Positions 8,197 through 18,606 of a stretch of DNA of 64,000 nt are shown one piece after another. The DNA lies in contig JBEBGD010000005.1 in NCBI GenBank assembly GCA_040081625.1, positions 32,001-96,000 on the forward strand, read 5' to 3'. A model generated the notes under the pieces. The model saw only the letters and a program-made list of their open reading frames with translations, did no database searches and was not told the origin of the DNA. Source of the DNA: Chthoniobacteraceae bacterium. Its GTDB lineage: Bacteria > Verrucomicrobiota > Verrucomicrobiia > Chthoniobacterales > Chthoniobacteraceae. A program made the translations under genes and the position numbers. How positions within the stretch are numbered: position 1 is the first letter of the stretch; every line of letters begins with the position of its first letter.

Positions 8197-11100
8197 ATGT
8201 TTGCCATCATTCGTTCCTTCCTGCTCGCCGCCCTGCTCGCCTGCGCCCTACCGCTGCACGGGCAGGCGCCGAATACCTTCGTGGCCACCGGGACGATGAC
8301 GTCCGGGCGCCATCTGGGGACGCAGACCTTGCTGCCCAATGGCAAGGTGCTCGCCACGGGGGGTTATAGTAGCGGCACGCTCGCGAGCGCGGAGCTGTAT
8401 GATCCGGCGACCGGGGTCTGGACGGCGACGGGGAATATGATCACGGCGCGCTACCGACACTCGGCGACGCTGCTGCCGAGCGGCAAGGTGCTGATCGTGG
8501 GTGGAACCAATGGGAGCAGCTATTACTCGGCGGCGGAGCTTTACGACCCGGCGACGGGGACTTTCACGGCGACCGGCACGATGGCGACGGGACGCGCCGA
8601 CCAGACGGCGACGCTGCTGCTCAACGGGAAGGTGCTGATCTCGGCGGGGAGCACGAGCGTGTATCTGTCGAGCGCGGAGCTTTACAACCCGGCGACGGGG
8701 ACGTGGGCGCCGACCGGCAGCCTGATTACGCCGCGGAACGCCCACACGGCGACTCTGCTGGCCAGCGGCAAGGTGCTGGTGGCTGCCGGGGGGAACGCCG
8801 GCGCGCCCATCGGGAACGCGGAGATTTACGATCCGGCGGCGGGGACGTGGACGGCGACCGCGGCTCTGGCCGGGGTGCGCTACAACCACAGGGCGACGTT
8901 GCTGCCGAACGGCAAGGTGCTGGTCACCGGCGGCACGACGGGGGGCAGCTTCCTGGCGACGGCGGAACTCTTCGATCCGGCGGGCGCGGGGACGTGGTCT
9001 TCGACGACGAGCTTCACGACGGCCGGGGCACGGCAGGGGCACAGCGCCTCGCTGCTGCCGAATGGCAAGGTGCTCATCGTCGCAGGCTACGGCGGCACCT
9101 TCCTCACGAACGCGGCAATCTATGATCCCGCGGGCGCGACGTGGACGACGACGGGGAGTCTCGCGACGGCCCGCTATGAGCACAACGCCACGCTGCTGCC
9201 AGGCGGGAAAGTGCTCGTCGCCGGTGGCGGGGGCAACGGCGGAGCCTACCTCGCGAGCGCGGAGCTGTATGAGCCGGGGACGGGGACATTCTCAGCTACC
9301 GGCAGCTTCACCACGCAGCGCGAGCAACACACGGAGACGCTGCTGCCCAATGGCAAGGTGCTCATCGCCGGGGGATACAACGGCAGCTTTCTGACGAGCG
9401 CGGAGATCTACGACCCGGCTACCGGCTTGTGGACGGCGACTGGCAGCCTCGCCGCGGCGCGCAAGCATCACACCGCGACCCTGCTGCCCAGTGGCAAGGT
9501 GCTCGTGGCCGGGGGATCCGGCAGCAGCTATCTCGCAGGCGCCGAGATCTACGACCCGGCCACCGGTTTGTGGACGGCCACCGGCAGCCTCGCCACGGCG
9601 CGCCATACTCACACGGCGACGCTGCTGCCCAATGGCAAGGTGCTCGTCGCCGGGGGAAACAACGGCAGCGGCGTTCTCGCGAGCACAGAGCTCTACGACC
9701 CGGCCACCGGCGTGTGGACCGCGACCGGCAATCTCGTGGGAGGGCGCTACGCTCACACGGCGACGCTGCTGTCCAATGGCAAGGTGCTTGCCGCCGGAGG
9801 AGCGAACAACAGCACGGTGGTTACGACCGCAGAGCTTTTCGATCCGTCCACCGGCACCTGGACGGCGACCGGCAGCCTCGCCACGCAGCGGGCGAACCAC
9901 ACCCTGACGCTGCTGCCCAATGGTAAGGTGCTCGCCACCGGGGGCAACAGGACCAGCGGCTATCTCGCGAGCGCGGAGCTTTACAATCCCTCCACCAACG
10001 TGTGGACGACGACTGGCAACCTCGCGACGGCGCGGAACAATCACATGGCGACGCTGCTGCCCAACGGCAAGGTGCTCGTCACCGGGGGAAGTAACGACGG
10101 CGGCGCTCTCGCGAGCGCGCAGCTTTACGACCCAGCCGCCGGCTTGTGGGCGACGACCGGCAGCCTCGCCGCAGCGCGCTACAATCACACGGCGACGCTG
10201 CTGCCCAATGGCAGCGTGCTCGTCGCCGGGGGATTCGACGGCAGCCATCTCGCGAGCGCGGAGCTCTTCAACGCCGGGCTCGGCTTCCTCTCCAGCGCGC
10301 AGCCGGTGATCACAGCGGCCTCTTTCAATGCCACGGGCCAGCTCGTGGTGACGGGCACGGGCTTCAACGGCGTCTCCGGCGCCTCGGGCGGCAGCACGCA
10401 GGACTCGCCGACGAATTATCCCGTGGCGCAACTGCGCTGGCTGGACGGCGGGCAATCCACTTTCCTTTCCCGCGACGCGGCGGCGAGCGCTTCGGCGACG
10501 GCCTTCACCTCCTCCACGGGCGCGAATACGCAGGCGGGGCATGCGCTGGTGACGGTCTTTGCGAACGGCATCCCGAGCACGGCCAGCGTGGTGCTCGGCA
10601 TGCTCCCCGACACGACTGCGCCGGAGACGACGATCACCAGCGGCACGCCGGCGGCGAACTCCACCTCGGCGACGTTCACTTTCACCGGGACGGACAACGT
10701 GGCGGTGACGAGCTTTGAGAGGAATCTGGACGGCGACGGCACGGCCTACGCGACGGTGACGAGCCCGGTGGGCCTGAGCGGGCTCTCGCAGGGCGCGCAC
10801 ACCTTCAGCGTGCGGGCGAAGGACGCGGCGGGGAATGTGGACGCGACGCCGGCGACGGTGACGTGGACGGTGGACACGATCGCGCCGCTGACGACGATCA
10901 CCAGCGGGCCGAGCGGCACGGTGAACAGCGACAGCGCCACCTTCGCCTACAACGCGAATGAGGCGGCGACCTTCAGCTACAGCCTCGACGGCGGCACGAC
11001 CGCCACGGGTGCAGGCCCGGTGACCTTCACCGGTCTCACGCAGGGCGCGCATACGTTCAGCGTCGTCGCGACCGACACAGCGGGGAATGTGGACCTCACA

Positions 11101-14100
11101 CCGGCGACGGTGTCGTGGACGGTGGACACGCTGGCGCCGACCTTCGCGCTGCCGGCGAGTATTACCGCCGAGGCGACGAGCGCGGCGGGCCGGGTGGTGA
11201 CTTACAGCGCGGGCGCGAGCGACTCCGGGAGCGGCGTGGCCACCCAGAGCTACACGCCGGCGAGCGGGAGCACTTTCCCCATCGCCACGACGACGGTGAA
11301 TGCGAGCGCGACGGATAACGCGGGGAACACGGCGACGGGGAGCTTCACGGTGAGGGTGCGGGATACGACGCCGCCGGTGGTGACGGTGCCGGCGAATGTC
11401 TCGGTGACGGCGACGAGCGCGGCCGGGGCGGCGGTGAGCTTTAGCGTGAGTGCGACGGATATCGTGGACGGAAGCGTCACGGCGACGCCGGATTACGCCA
11501 GCGGGAGCACTTTCCAGATCGGGACGACGACGGTGAACGTGTCGGCGACGGATGCACACGGGAACGAGGCAAGCGCGAGCTTCACGGTGACGGTGAACAA
11601 CACGGCGCCAGTGGTGGCGGCGGATTCGGTGGGTGCGGCCGCGTTCACGACGACTGGGAGCCTGATCACGGCGCGCAATATCCACGCGGCGGAGCGGCTC
11701 GCCGACGGACGGGTGCTCGTGGCTGGGGGATACAACGACGCCAGCGGCAACCGGCTGGCGAGCGCGGAGCTTTACCACCCGGCGACGGGGAGCTGGAGCG
11801 CCACGGGCAGCATGGCCTCGGCGCGCTTTCTCCTCACGCTGACGCCGCTGGCCGACGGCAGGGTGCTCGCGGCGGCAGGGTTCAGCAACAGCGGCCCGAC
11901 GACGAGCGCGGAGCTTTACGATCCGGCGACGGGGACCTGGACCGCCACGGCCGGCAGCCTGACCGATGGGCGCTACTTTCACACGGCGACGCGGCTCGCG
12001 AATGGCAAGGTGCTCGCGGTCGGCGGAACCGGCAATACCGGCCAATTGGCGAGCGCGGAGCTTTATGACCCGGCGACGGGGAGCTGGAGCGCGGTGGGCA
12101 GCCTGGCCACGGCGCGCTATTACCACACGGCGACGCTGCTCGCCGACGGCAAGGTGCTGGTGACCGGGGGCTACGACAGTAACTACCAGCAAACGGCGAG
12201 TGCGGAGCTTTACAATCCGGTGACGGGAACCTGGAGCGCGGCGGGCAGTCTGCTCACGGCGCGCCGGTGGCACACAGCGACGCGGCTGGCCGACGGCAAG
12301 GTGCTGGTGACCGGGGGCTACAATGACAACATCGGCGTGGAGGCGAGCGCGGAGCTTTACGATCCGGCGACCGGGAACTGGAGCGCGACGGGCAGTCTGG
12401 CTACGGCTTGCTATCTCCATACGGCGACGCTGCTGGCCGACGGCAAGGTGCTGGTGGCCGGCGGGGCCGGCAACAGCGGCGATGTGGCGACCGCGGAGAT
12501 CTACAATCCGGCGACCGGGCTCTGGAGCACGGCGGCCAATCTGATCGCGGTGCGCGATCGCCACACGGCGACGCTGCTCGCCGACGGCAAGGTGCTCCTG
12601 GCCGGGGGATACGGTGCCGGTGGAATCAATCAGGCGAGCGCGGAGCTTTACGGCGCGGCGGCGGCGGTCGCGACCGCGGCAGAGGGCGCGGCTGGCGTGC
12701 AGACGGGCACCTTCTCCGATGCGGATGGGAACGCGACGGTGACGCTGACGGCTTCCTCCGGGACGATCACGCAGAACAACACGGCGGGGACGTGGAGCTG
12801 GACGAGGACGAGCAACGATGACCTGGCTACGGAGACGATCACGATCACGGCGACGGATACGACGACGGCGACGGCGACGGCGACGTTCGCCTTCACGGTG
12901 ACGAATGTGGTGCCGACGGTGGCGATCAGCGCGCTGGCGACGGCGGAGGTGAACACGGCGGTGAGCTTCACCTTCACGGCGACGGATGTGGGCAGCGCGG
13001 ACCAGAGCGCGGGCTTCACCTGGACGATCGACTACGGCGACGACAGCGGCGAGACGACCTCCGCGGGGAGGCCTTCGCCGCTCACGCGCACGCACACTTA
13101 CGCGAGCACGGACACTTACACGGTGACGGCGACGGCGACGGACAAGGACGGCGGGGTGAGCACGGTGGCGACGAGGAGTATCACGATCAACGACGTGACG
13201 GCGCCGGACACGACGATCACCAGCGCGCCGAGTGGCGACACCAACAGCACGAGCGCGACGATCGCCTTCACCGGGACGGATAACGTGGGCGTGGCCAGCT
13301 TCGAGGGTCGGCTCTTCGGTGGGACCTGGAGCACGGTGACCAGCCCGGTGACGCTGAGCGGCCTGAGCGACCGCTCTTACACCTACGAGGTGCGGGCGCG
13401 GGATGCGGCGGGCAATGTGGACGCTACGCCGGCGACGGTAACGTGGGGGGTGGATACGGTGCCGCCGAGCCTTTCGCTGCCGGCGAATATTACCGCCGAG
13501 GCGACCGGGCCGGACGGGGCGGTGGTCATTTACACAGCCAGCGCCAGCGACGCGGAAAGTGGACTCCGCTTCGCGAGCTATACGCCGGCGAGCGGGAGCA
13601 CCTTCCCCATCGGGACGACGCTGGTGAATGCCCTCGCAACGGACAACGCGGGGAACACGAATACGGGCATCTTCACCGTGACGGTGAACAAGTTGGCGCA
13701 GACCATCACCTTCACTCCGCCCGCGACGGCGACGACGACCGACACGATCGTGCTCAGCGCAACGGGCGGCGGGAGCGGGAACGCGGTGACCTTCAGCGTG
13801 CAGAGCGGATCGGGGACGATCAGCGCCGGGACGAGCCTGACCTTCACCGGCACGGGCAATGTGGTGGTGCGCGCGAGCCAGGCGGGCAATGCGAACTACA
13901 GCGCCGCGGCGAACGTGGATCGCACGATCGCGGTTAGCGCCGGCGGCGTGACGCTGGCCAACGACTCGGCCTACGCCGGTAGCAGGGCGATCACTATCAA
14001 CGTGCTGGCCAATGACGTCGCCCTCTCCGGCTCGCGCTCGATCGCGAGCGTCGCGCAGCCCGTAAGCGGCGGCGTGGCGGCGATCGTCGCGGGCAAGGTG

Positions 14101-15204
14101 CGCTTCACGCCGAGCGGGGTAGTGAGTGCGCCGATCACCTTCACCTATACCGCGACCAATGGCTCGGCCAGCGGCACGGCGACGGTGACGATCGAGCCCG
14201 TGAGCGGCCTGGCCGGTAACTACATCGGCCTGCTGACCGACGGCACTGGCACCGTGCGCGGACGCGTCCGGGTCGCGGCCACCGCGACAGGCGCGGTGAC
14301 CGGGAGCCTCCGGCGCGATGGGGGGACGCTGGGATTCAAGGGCAGCTTGCTGGGTTCCGGGCAGATCGACGTGTTCACCGGCAGCACCCCGCGCATCCCG
14401 CTCACGCTCGCTCCCGGCACGGACGACGCCTTCGGCCACCCGACGCTGAACGCCTCGGTGACGGCGCCGACGGTGGGCACGCTTACCGGGACGCTCGAGC
14501 GCTCGGTCGTGATTCCGGCGCTGCTGGGTCGTTACACGATCGTGGCGAATCTGCCCGGCGGCGGCACGGGTCCGGCGACGGGCGCGGTGCTCACCTGCAA
14601 CATCACGACGGCGGGCGCGACCTTCGCAGGGCGGCGCGGCCATGGTGGCACTATCGCCTCGAGCGGCCCACTGCTGGCTGGCGCGCGGCACCCGTTCTAT
14701 CACGGCAACGGCGCCGGGGCCGCGACACAGCGGCTCGCGGGCGAGATGGTCTTCAACCGCACCGCGTCACCCGCGGTGACCGGCACGCTGCACTGGCGCG
14801 TGCCCGCCGGGGCGAGCACGCGGATCCCCGCCGGTGTGGATCAGGATTACACGCTGCTCGGCATGCCTTACACACCGGCCGCGAGTGCGGCGTCGATGTA
14901 TTCCCCGGCCGCGCTCGCAGCCACGCTGACGCTGAACTTCCCGACCGTGCCCGGCTCTCCGCTGACGTTGAGGACGAACCTTACCGGCACGCCCATCGGC
15001 GGCAGGCTGCGGGTGATCTCCAAATACGTCCCGACCTACATCGATCTCTACCCCGCGAGCGGGTTCTTCGTCGGGGAGTATAAACCGGCGCGGCAGGCGA
15101 GCCGACCCTTCTTCGGCGTGATCATCCAGGGCGCCGGCTACAACTACGGCCAGGGAAATACGCTCGACGGCGCGACCATCAACGCTGCGAGCCTCACGCC
15201 GTAG
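8197..15204 (+). CDS. Secreted Kelch-repeat surface protein with Ig-like/HYR/PKD domains (2335 aa)
   Basis: Signal peptide; 14+7 repeats of R..H.ATLL.NGKVL..GG...AELYDP; SGSTFPIGTT (HYR); WTIDYGD (PKD). Confidence 0.85.
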   Translation: MFAIIRSFLLAALLACALPLHGQAPNTFVATGTMTSGRHLGTQTLLPNGKVLATGGYSSGTLASAELYDPATGVWTATGNMITARYRHSATLLPSGKVLIVGGTNGSSYYSAAELYDPATGTFTATGTMATGRADQTATLLLNGKVLISAGSTSVYLSSAELYNPATGTWAPTGSLITPRNAHTATLLASGKVLVAAGGNAGAPIGNAEIYDPAAGTWTATAALAGVRYNHRATLLPNGKVLVTGGTTGGSFLATAELFDPAGAGTWSSTTSFTTAGARQGHSASLLPNGKVLIVAGYGGTFLTNAAIYDPAGATWTTTGSLATARYEHNATLLPGGKVLVAGGGGNGGAYLASAELYEPGTGTFSATGSFTTQREQHTETLLPNGKVLIAGGYNGSFLTSAEIYDPATGLWTATGSLAAARKHHTATLLPSGKVLVAGGSGSSYLAGAEIYDPATGLWTATGSLATARHTHTATLLPNGKVLVAGGNNGSGVLASTELYDPATGVWTATGNLVGGRYAHTATLLSNGKVLAAGGANNSTVVTTAELFDPSTGTWTATGSLATQRANHTLTLLPNGKVLATGGNRTSGYLASAELYNPSTNVWTTTGNLATARNNHMATLLPNGKVLVTGGSNDGGALASAQLYDPAAGLWATTGSLAAARYNHTATLLPNGSVLVAGGFDGSHLASAELFNAGLGFLSSAQPVITAASFNATGQLVVTGTGFNGVSGASGGSTQDSPTNYPVAQLRWLDGGQSTFLSRDAAASASATAFTSSTGANTQAGHALVTVFANGIPSTASVVLGMLPDTTAPETTITSGTPAANSTSATFTFTGTDNVAVTSFERNLDGDGTAYATVTSPVGLSGLSQGAHTFSVRAKDAAGNVDATPATVTWTVDTIAPLTTITSGPSGTVNSDSATFAYNANEAATFSYSLDGGTTATGAGPVTFTGLTQGAHTFSVVATDTAGNVDLTPATVSWTVDTLAPTFALPASITAEATSAAGRVVTYSAGASDSGSGVATQSYTPASGSTFPIATTTVNASATDNAGNTATGSFTVRVRDTTPPVVTVPANVSVTATSAAGAAVSFSVSATDIVDGSVTATPDYASGSTFQIGTTTVNVSATDAHGNEASASFTVTVNNTAPVVAADSVGAAAFTTTGSLITARNIHAAERLADGRVLVAGGYNDASGNRLASAELYHPATGSWSATGSMASARFLLTLTPLADGRVLAAAGFSNSGPTTSAELYDPATGTWTATAGSLTDGRYFHTATRLANGKVLAVGGTGNTGQLASAELYDPATGSWSAVGSLATARYYHTATLLADGKVLVTGGYDSNYQQTASAELYNPVTGTWSAAGSLLTARRWHTATRLADGKVLVTGGYNDNIGVEASAELYDPATGNWSATGSLATACYLHTATLLADGKVLVAGGAGNSGDVATAEIYNPATGLWSTAANLIAVRDRHTATLLADGKVLLAGGYGAGGINQASAELYGAAAAVATAAEGAAGVQTGTFSDADGNATVTLTASSGTITQNNTAGTWSWTRTSNDDLATETITITATDTTTATATATFAFTVTNVVPTVAISALATAEVNTAVSFTFTATDVGSADQSAGFTWTIDYGDDSGETTSAGRPSPLTRTHTYASTDTYTVTATATDKDGGVSTVATRSITINDVTAPDTTITSAPSGDTNSTSATIAFTGTDNVGVASFEGRLFGGTWSTVTSPVTLSGLSDRSYTYEVRARDAAGNVDATPATVTWGVDTVPPSLSLPANITAEATGPDGAVVIYTASASDAESGLRFASYTPASGSTFPIGTTLVNALATDNAGNTNTGIFTVTVNKLAQTITFTPPATATTTDTIVLSATGGGSGNAVTFSVQSGSGTISAGTSLTFTGTGNVVVRASQAGNANYSAAANVDRTIAVSAGGVTLANDSAYAGSRAITINVLANDVALSGSRSIASVAQPVSGGVAAIVAGKVRFTPSGVVSAPITFTYTATNGSASGTATVTIEPVSGLAGNYIGLLTDGTGTVRGRVRVAATATGAVTGSLRRDGGTLGFKGSLLGSGQIDVFTGSTPRIPLTLAPGTDDAFGHPTLNASVTAPTVGTLTGTLERSVVIPALLGRYTIVANLPGGGTGPATGAVLTCNITTAGATFAGRRGHGGTIASSGPLLAGARHPFYHGNGAGAATQRLAGEMVFNRTASPAVTGTLHWRVPAGASTRIPAGVDQDYTLLGMPYTPAASAASMYSPAALAATLTLNFPTVPGSPLTLRTNLTGTPIGGRLRVISKYVPTYIDLYPASGFFVGEYKPARQASRPFFGVIIQGAGYNYGQGNTLDGATINAASLTP

Positions 15205-15208
15205 GCGC

Positions 15209-16132
15209 TCACTCGCTGAAGCGCAGGTCGGAGACGAGCACGCGGTGATCTGACCGGAAGGTGATCTCGTGATGGCAGCGCACGGGCGTGAGGCCCTTTC
15301 CGCACCACATCTGGTCGAGCGAGAGCACGGGCAGCGGCATGGGCCAGGTCTCGCCGGAGCCGATGCCGGCGGTCTCGAACGTGTTCACGAAGTTCTTTCG
15401 CAGCTCGGCGAAGTGCGCGGAATCGCGCGGTGTGTTGAAATCGCCGAGGACGATGAGCGGGCGGTCGCGCAGCGAGTCGGCGAGTTGCGTGAGGCGGGCG
15501 AGCGGCGCGCGGCGCGACTGCATCGGCACGCCGCTGATATCGACCTGGAGCACGCGCAGGTCGCGGCCTTTGATCCGCACATCGTAGCGGGCGAAGTATG
15601 AGCCGGGGCCGAGCGAGCCCGATTCGCGCGCGGTCACCTCGCCGCGGACGAGGCAGAGGAGATTGCCTCCGGCGAATTCCGCGGCGTAGCCGGCGAAGGT
15701 CTCGCTCCAGCGCTCGCGCCCGCGGCCGTTGCGCGGCAGCACTTCCGCGATCGCGATGAGGTCGGCGTCGTAGCCGCGCAGCCGGCTCGCGATCGACGGG
15801 AATCGATGCACGGGCCGAGCGACGTTCCATTGCACGACGCGCAGGTCCGCCGCCTCGTGCGAGGGCTGCCCGGTGCGCCAGTGCTCCATGATCCACATGG
15901 CGAGAAAGACGTGCGTGATCGCGATGCTCGCGAAGACCATCTGCGGCTGACGGCGGAAGCGCCACACGATCGGCAAGGTGAGGAACGCGAGCACCGGCCA
16001 CGGCGTGATGTAGTAGAGCGGCGCGAGCAGATCGACCGAGTCGCGCAGCGTGACGCGCAGCACGATGCCGTTGAGCCAGACGATGAGGAGCAGCGGGAAG
16101 AACTGGCGCCCGATCCAGCGGAGCGCGTTCAC
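15209..16132 (-). CDS. Membrane-anchored endonuclease/exonuclease/phosphatase-family protein
   Basis: N-terminal TM helices; QWNV, AE, LGDFNTP, LDQ, SDHR motifs. Confidence 0.85.
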   Translation of the reverse strand: MNALRWIGRQFFPLLLIVWLNGIVLRVTLRDSVDLLAPLYYITPWPVLAFLTLPIVWRFRRQPQMVFASIAITHVFLAMWIMEHWRTGQPSHEAADLRVVQWNVARPVHRFPSIASRLRGYDADLIAIAEVLPRNGRGRERWSETFAGYAAEFAGGNLLCLVRGEVTARESGSLGPGSYFARYDVRIKGRDLRVLQVDISGVPMQSRRAPLARLTQLADSLRDRPLIVLGDFNTPRDSAHFAELRKNFVNTFETAGIGSGETWPMPLPVLSLDQMWCGKGLTPVRCHHEITFRSDHRVLVSDLRFSE

Positions 16133-17145
16133 CTGAGCAGCGGCGCGAAGAATCTCTCCAGCGCCTCGGCGCCCTTGGCGAAGCTGATCGTCGCGCGCGC
16201 GTTTTCCACGGCCTGCACGACCATGTCCGCGCAGTCGTGCGGATGCTCGAAGAGCCGCGCGGCCATGTCGAAGAGCTGCTCATGCGTGCGGCCGAAGCCG
16301 CACAGCTCGGGGAAGACAAGCCGCTCAATCGTGCCGTGGCCGCCGAGGCACGGCACGCGCGCGAGCAGCGCGTCGCCAGCGACCTGGCCGGGCACTGTGC
16401 TCGCGTCGAGCTGGAAGACGAAGCGGTGCTTGGCGACAGCGCGCAGGTATTTCGGATACGGCAGGCGCTCCTCGACGATGCGCAGCGCGCCTTCGCCGTA
16501 GTCGAGCTGGCGCAGCATCCGGCGCCCGCGCCAGCCTTCGAAGTTGAACACGGTCACGGTTTCGCCCAGCCCCTCGGCGAGCCGGCGGATGAGCTGGAGC
16601 GCGGCGAAGTGGTTGCGCGTGGGCGTGGCGAACTCGCGCGTGCCGATGAGCACGCCGCTCTTTTCCTCCTCCGGCCGCGTGAAGTCCCAGCGCGCGTCCT
16701 CGACGGGATACGGCGTGGGGATCAGTTCGACGCGCTGCGCGCCGGTCCACAGGAACAGCGGCACGAGGTCCGCGGTGGTCGCGATCGCGCCGTCGCTCAT
16801 CTCGCAGCACTGGCGGAAAAGATCGATGTTGCGCCCGCGCGCGAGTTGCTCGGCGATCTGATGCCCGCCCGCTTCCTTCCATGCGATCACGATGGTCTTC
16901 TTTTCGCGCCGCAGCCGCGTGATGGCTTTCGCTGCGCGCGAGAGATCGCGCGTGAGCAGCAGGATCACTGCGCGCACGTCCTTCGGGATTGCATCGTAGT
17001 CGCTCGCGAAGACGCCGCCCGTGCATGCGGCGAAGGCGTGATAGTTGACCGGCGCGTGCGCCTTTTCGTCGGGCGCACCGGCGAAGTCGGGGAAGCGTTG
17101 ATCGGGATCACGCCCGCCGGGATTGAGGACAGCGACTTTGAGCAT
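16129..17145 (-). CDS. Hypothetical protein, possibly glycosyltransferase-like
   Basis: Coupled to the next gene; C-terminal 'GQVAGDALLARVPCLGG' weakly resembles a GT-B motif. Confidence 0.5.
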   Translation of the reverse strand: MLKVAVLNPGGRDPDQRFPDFAGAPDEKAHAPVNYHAFAACTGGVFASDYDAIPKDVRAVILLLTRDLSRAAKAITRLRREKKTIVIAWKEAGGHQIAEQLARGRNIDLFRQCCEMSDGAIATTADLVPLFLWTGAQRVELIPTPYPVEDARWDFTRPEEEKSGVLIGTREFATPTRNHFAALQLIRRLAEGLGETVTVFNFEGWRGRRMLRQLDYGEGALRIVEERLPYPKYLRAVAKHRFVFQLDASTVPGQVAGDALLARVPCLGGHGTIERLVFPELCGFGRTHEQLFDMAARLFEHPHDCADMVVQAVENARATISFAKGAEALERFFAPLLR

Positions 17146-17178
17146 CGGGCGCGGACAAGACGCCATTACCGGGTGAGG

Positions 17179-17544
17179 TCAAAGGCCGAACTGCTCGTCG
17201 ATCGCGCGCCGGTCCTGCTTGGTCGGTCGGCCCGCGCCCTTCGCGCGAAAGCCGGGCGGGAGAAGGTTCGCATCGCGGCGGCGCGCGTATTCTTCGGGCG
17301 GCGTGAGGTCTTCGGCGAATTGCGCGACGAGCTTCGCGGCTACGCGGGAAGGCGGGGCGGCGAGCACCCGGATGGTGCGGGTCAACTGGCCCACGCGCGC
17401 GGCGATGACCTCGCCGGGGCGGACCTCGTGGGCCGGCTTGGTCGGCCCGGCGGCGATCTTCACGTGCCCGCCTTTGATCGCGTCGGCGGCGAGGGTGCGA
17501 GTCTTGTAGATGCGGATGGCCCAGAGCCATTGATCGAGTCGCAT
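17179..17544 (-). CDS. hslR: S4-domain RNA-binding protein (Hsp15 family)
   Basis: MRLDQWLWAIRIYKTR...GHV...KPA, and GRPTKQDRR. Confidence 0.85.
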   Translation of the reverse strand: MRLDQWLWAIRIYKTRTLAADAIKGGHVKIAAGPTKPAHEVRPGEVIAARVGQLTRTIRVLAAPPSRVAAKLVAQFAEDLTPPEEYARRRDANLLPPGFRAKGAGRPTKQDRRAIDEQFGL

Positions 17545-17590
17545 GGGCGGATGCTTGGCACGCGGGAGCAGTCGAAGCGAGGGCGAAGTT

Positions 17591-17612
17591 TTATGATTAC
17601 TTGCGATCATAA
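17591..17612. promoter_or_regulatory. Operator TTATGAT-N8-ATCATAA upstream of deoR
   Basis: Perfect palindrome; same arms and spacing recur at 18518-18539. Confidence 0.7.
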
Positions 17613-17629
17613 CGTGTTACTCTGGGTCC

Positions 17630-18523
17630 GTGAAAGTGCCCATGCACGTCATCCTAGCCCGCCGGGAGAAGCTGGCGGCACTGATCGAGCAGCACCGCTT
17701 CCTGCCGGTGAAGGAGTTGTGTCGTCGATTCGGAGTGTCCGAGGCGACGATGCGGCGGGATCTGGCGGCCTTGCATGGGGAGAAGCGGATCACGCGGACC
17801 TTCGGCGGAGCGCTCAAGGAGTTTAATGAGCGGTTTCCGTCGTTTCGAGAGCGGCAACACCGGGCCTCGCGCTCGAAGACGCGGGTCGCCCGGCTCGCGC
17901 TCGGTCTGTTGGAGGCGGGGAAGACCTACTTCTTCGACTCGGGGACGACGGTCTTTTCCATCGCCGAAGCTTTCCGCGACGCACCCGTGACGCCGATCAC
18001 GATCGTGACCTCGAACCTGCCGGTCGGTGAGATGCTGGCCGCGATCCCCGGAGTCGAGGTCTTCCAGCTCGCCGGGCAACTCCTGCACCTCCAATCGACG
18101 CTTCTCGGCGAGACGGCTCAGCGCAGCCTTGAGTTCTGGCACTTCGATTGGGCCTTTCTCTCGACGGAAGGGATGACGCCGAGCGGACTGTGGAACTCGC
18201 AGATCGCGATCGTCGAGCAGCAGAAGGTCGTGCTCCGGCGGAGCGCCCGCCACGTCTTCTGCGTTGATAGCTCGAAACTGAACCGGCAGGCTCCGCACTT
18301 TCTCATCGGCTGGAACGAGATCGATACCCTGCTCACGGACGTGCCGATTCAGAAGCTGCATGCGGCGGGCATTATGATCGACCCCGCTCACTACCTCGGG
18401 CCGGATTCGCTCAAGACAGCAGCCGGCGAGGTCGGTGGGGAAGCCGGGGAGTCAGCGCCGGAAAAGGCAGTTTCAGAAGGAAAACCTCCCGTCGAGGGCG
18501 ACCTACCCGTCCATTTTTTATGA
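17630..18523 (+). CDS. DeoR/GlpR-family transcriptional regulator of the BMC locus
   Basis: VSEATMRRDL HTH, RTFGGA, FDSGTT, DSSK. Confidence 0.9.
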   Translation: MKVPMHVILARREKLAALIEQHRFLPVKELCRRFGVSEATMRRDLAALHGEKRITRTFGGALKEFNERFPSFRERQHRASRSKTRVARLALGLLEAGKTYFFDSGTTVFSIAEAFRDAPVTPITIVTSNLPVGEMLAAIPGVEVFQLAGQLLHLQSTLLGETAQRSLEFWHFDWAFLSTEGMTPSGLWNSQIAIVEQQKVVLRRSARHVFCVDSSKLNRQAPHFLIGWNEIDTLLTDVPIQKLHAAGIMIDPAHYLGPDSLKTAAGEVGGEAGESAPEKAVSEGKPPVEGDLPVHFL

Positions 18524-18589
18524 TCGGAAATAATCATAAAAAGGCTTTGACGTGCCGTCCGAAAGTTATATGACTGCGATCAATCATTT
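18518..18589. promoter_or_regulatory. BMC operon promoter region with two operator copies
   Basis: TTATGAT-N8-ATCATAA (18518-18539), TTGACG -35-like (18547-18552), degenerate ATATGAC-N8-ATCATTT (18568-18589). Confidence 0.6.
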
Positions 18590-18606
18590 AATTCTCCCCG
18601 TCTAGA

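Noticed and set aside
8300..12650. Regular DNA repeats as a CRISPR array
   Set aside because: They are in-frame Kelch repeats; no spacer structure or cas genes.
9292..14703. 1803-aa minus-strand ORF and similar long antisense ORFs (e.g. 60941..63787, 50596..52716, 4026..5990)
   Set aside because: Antisense shadows of GC-rich genes, with no motifs.
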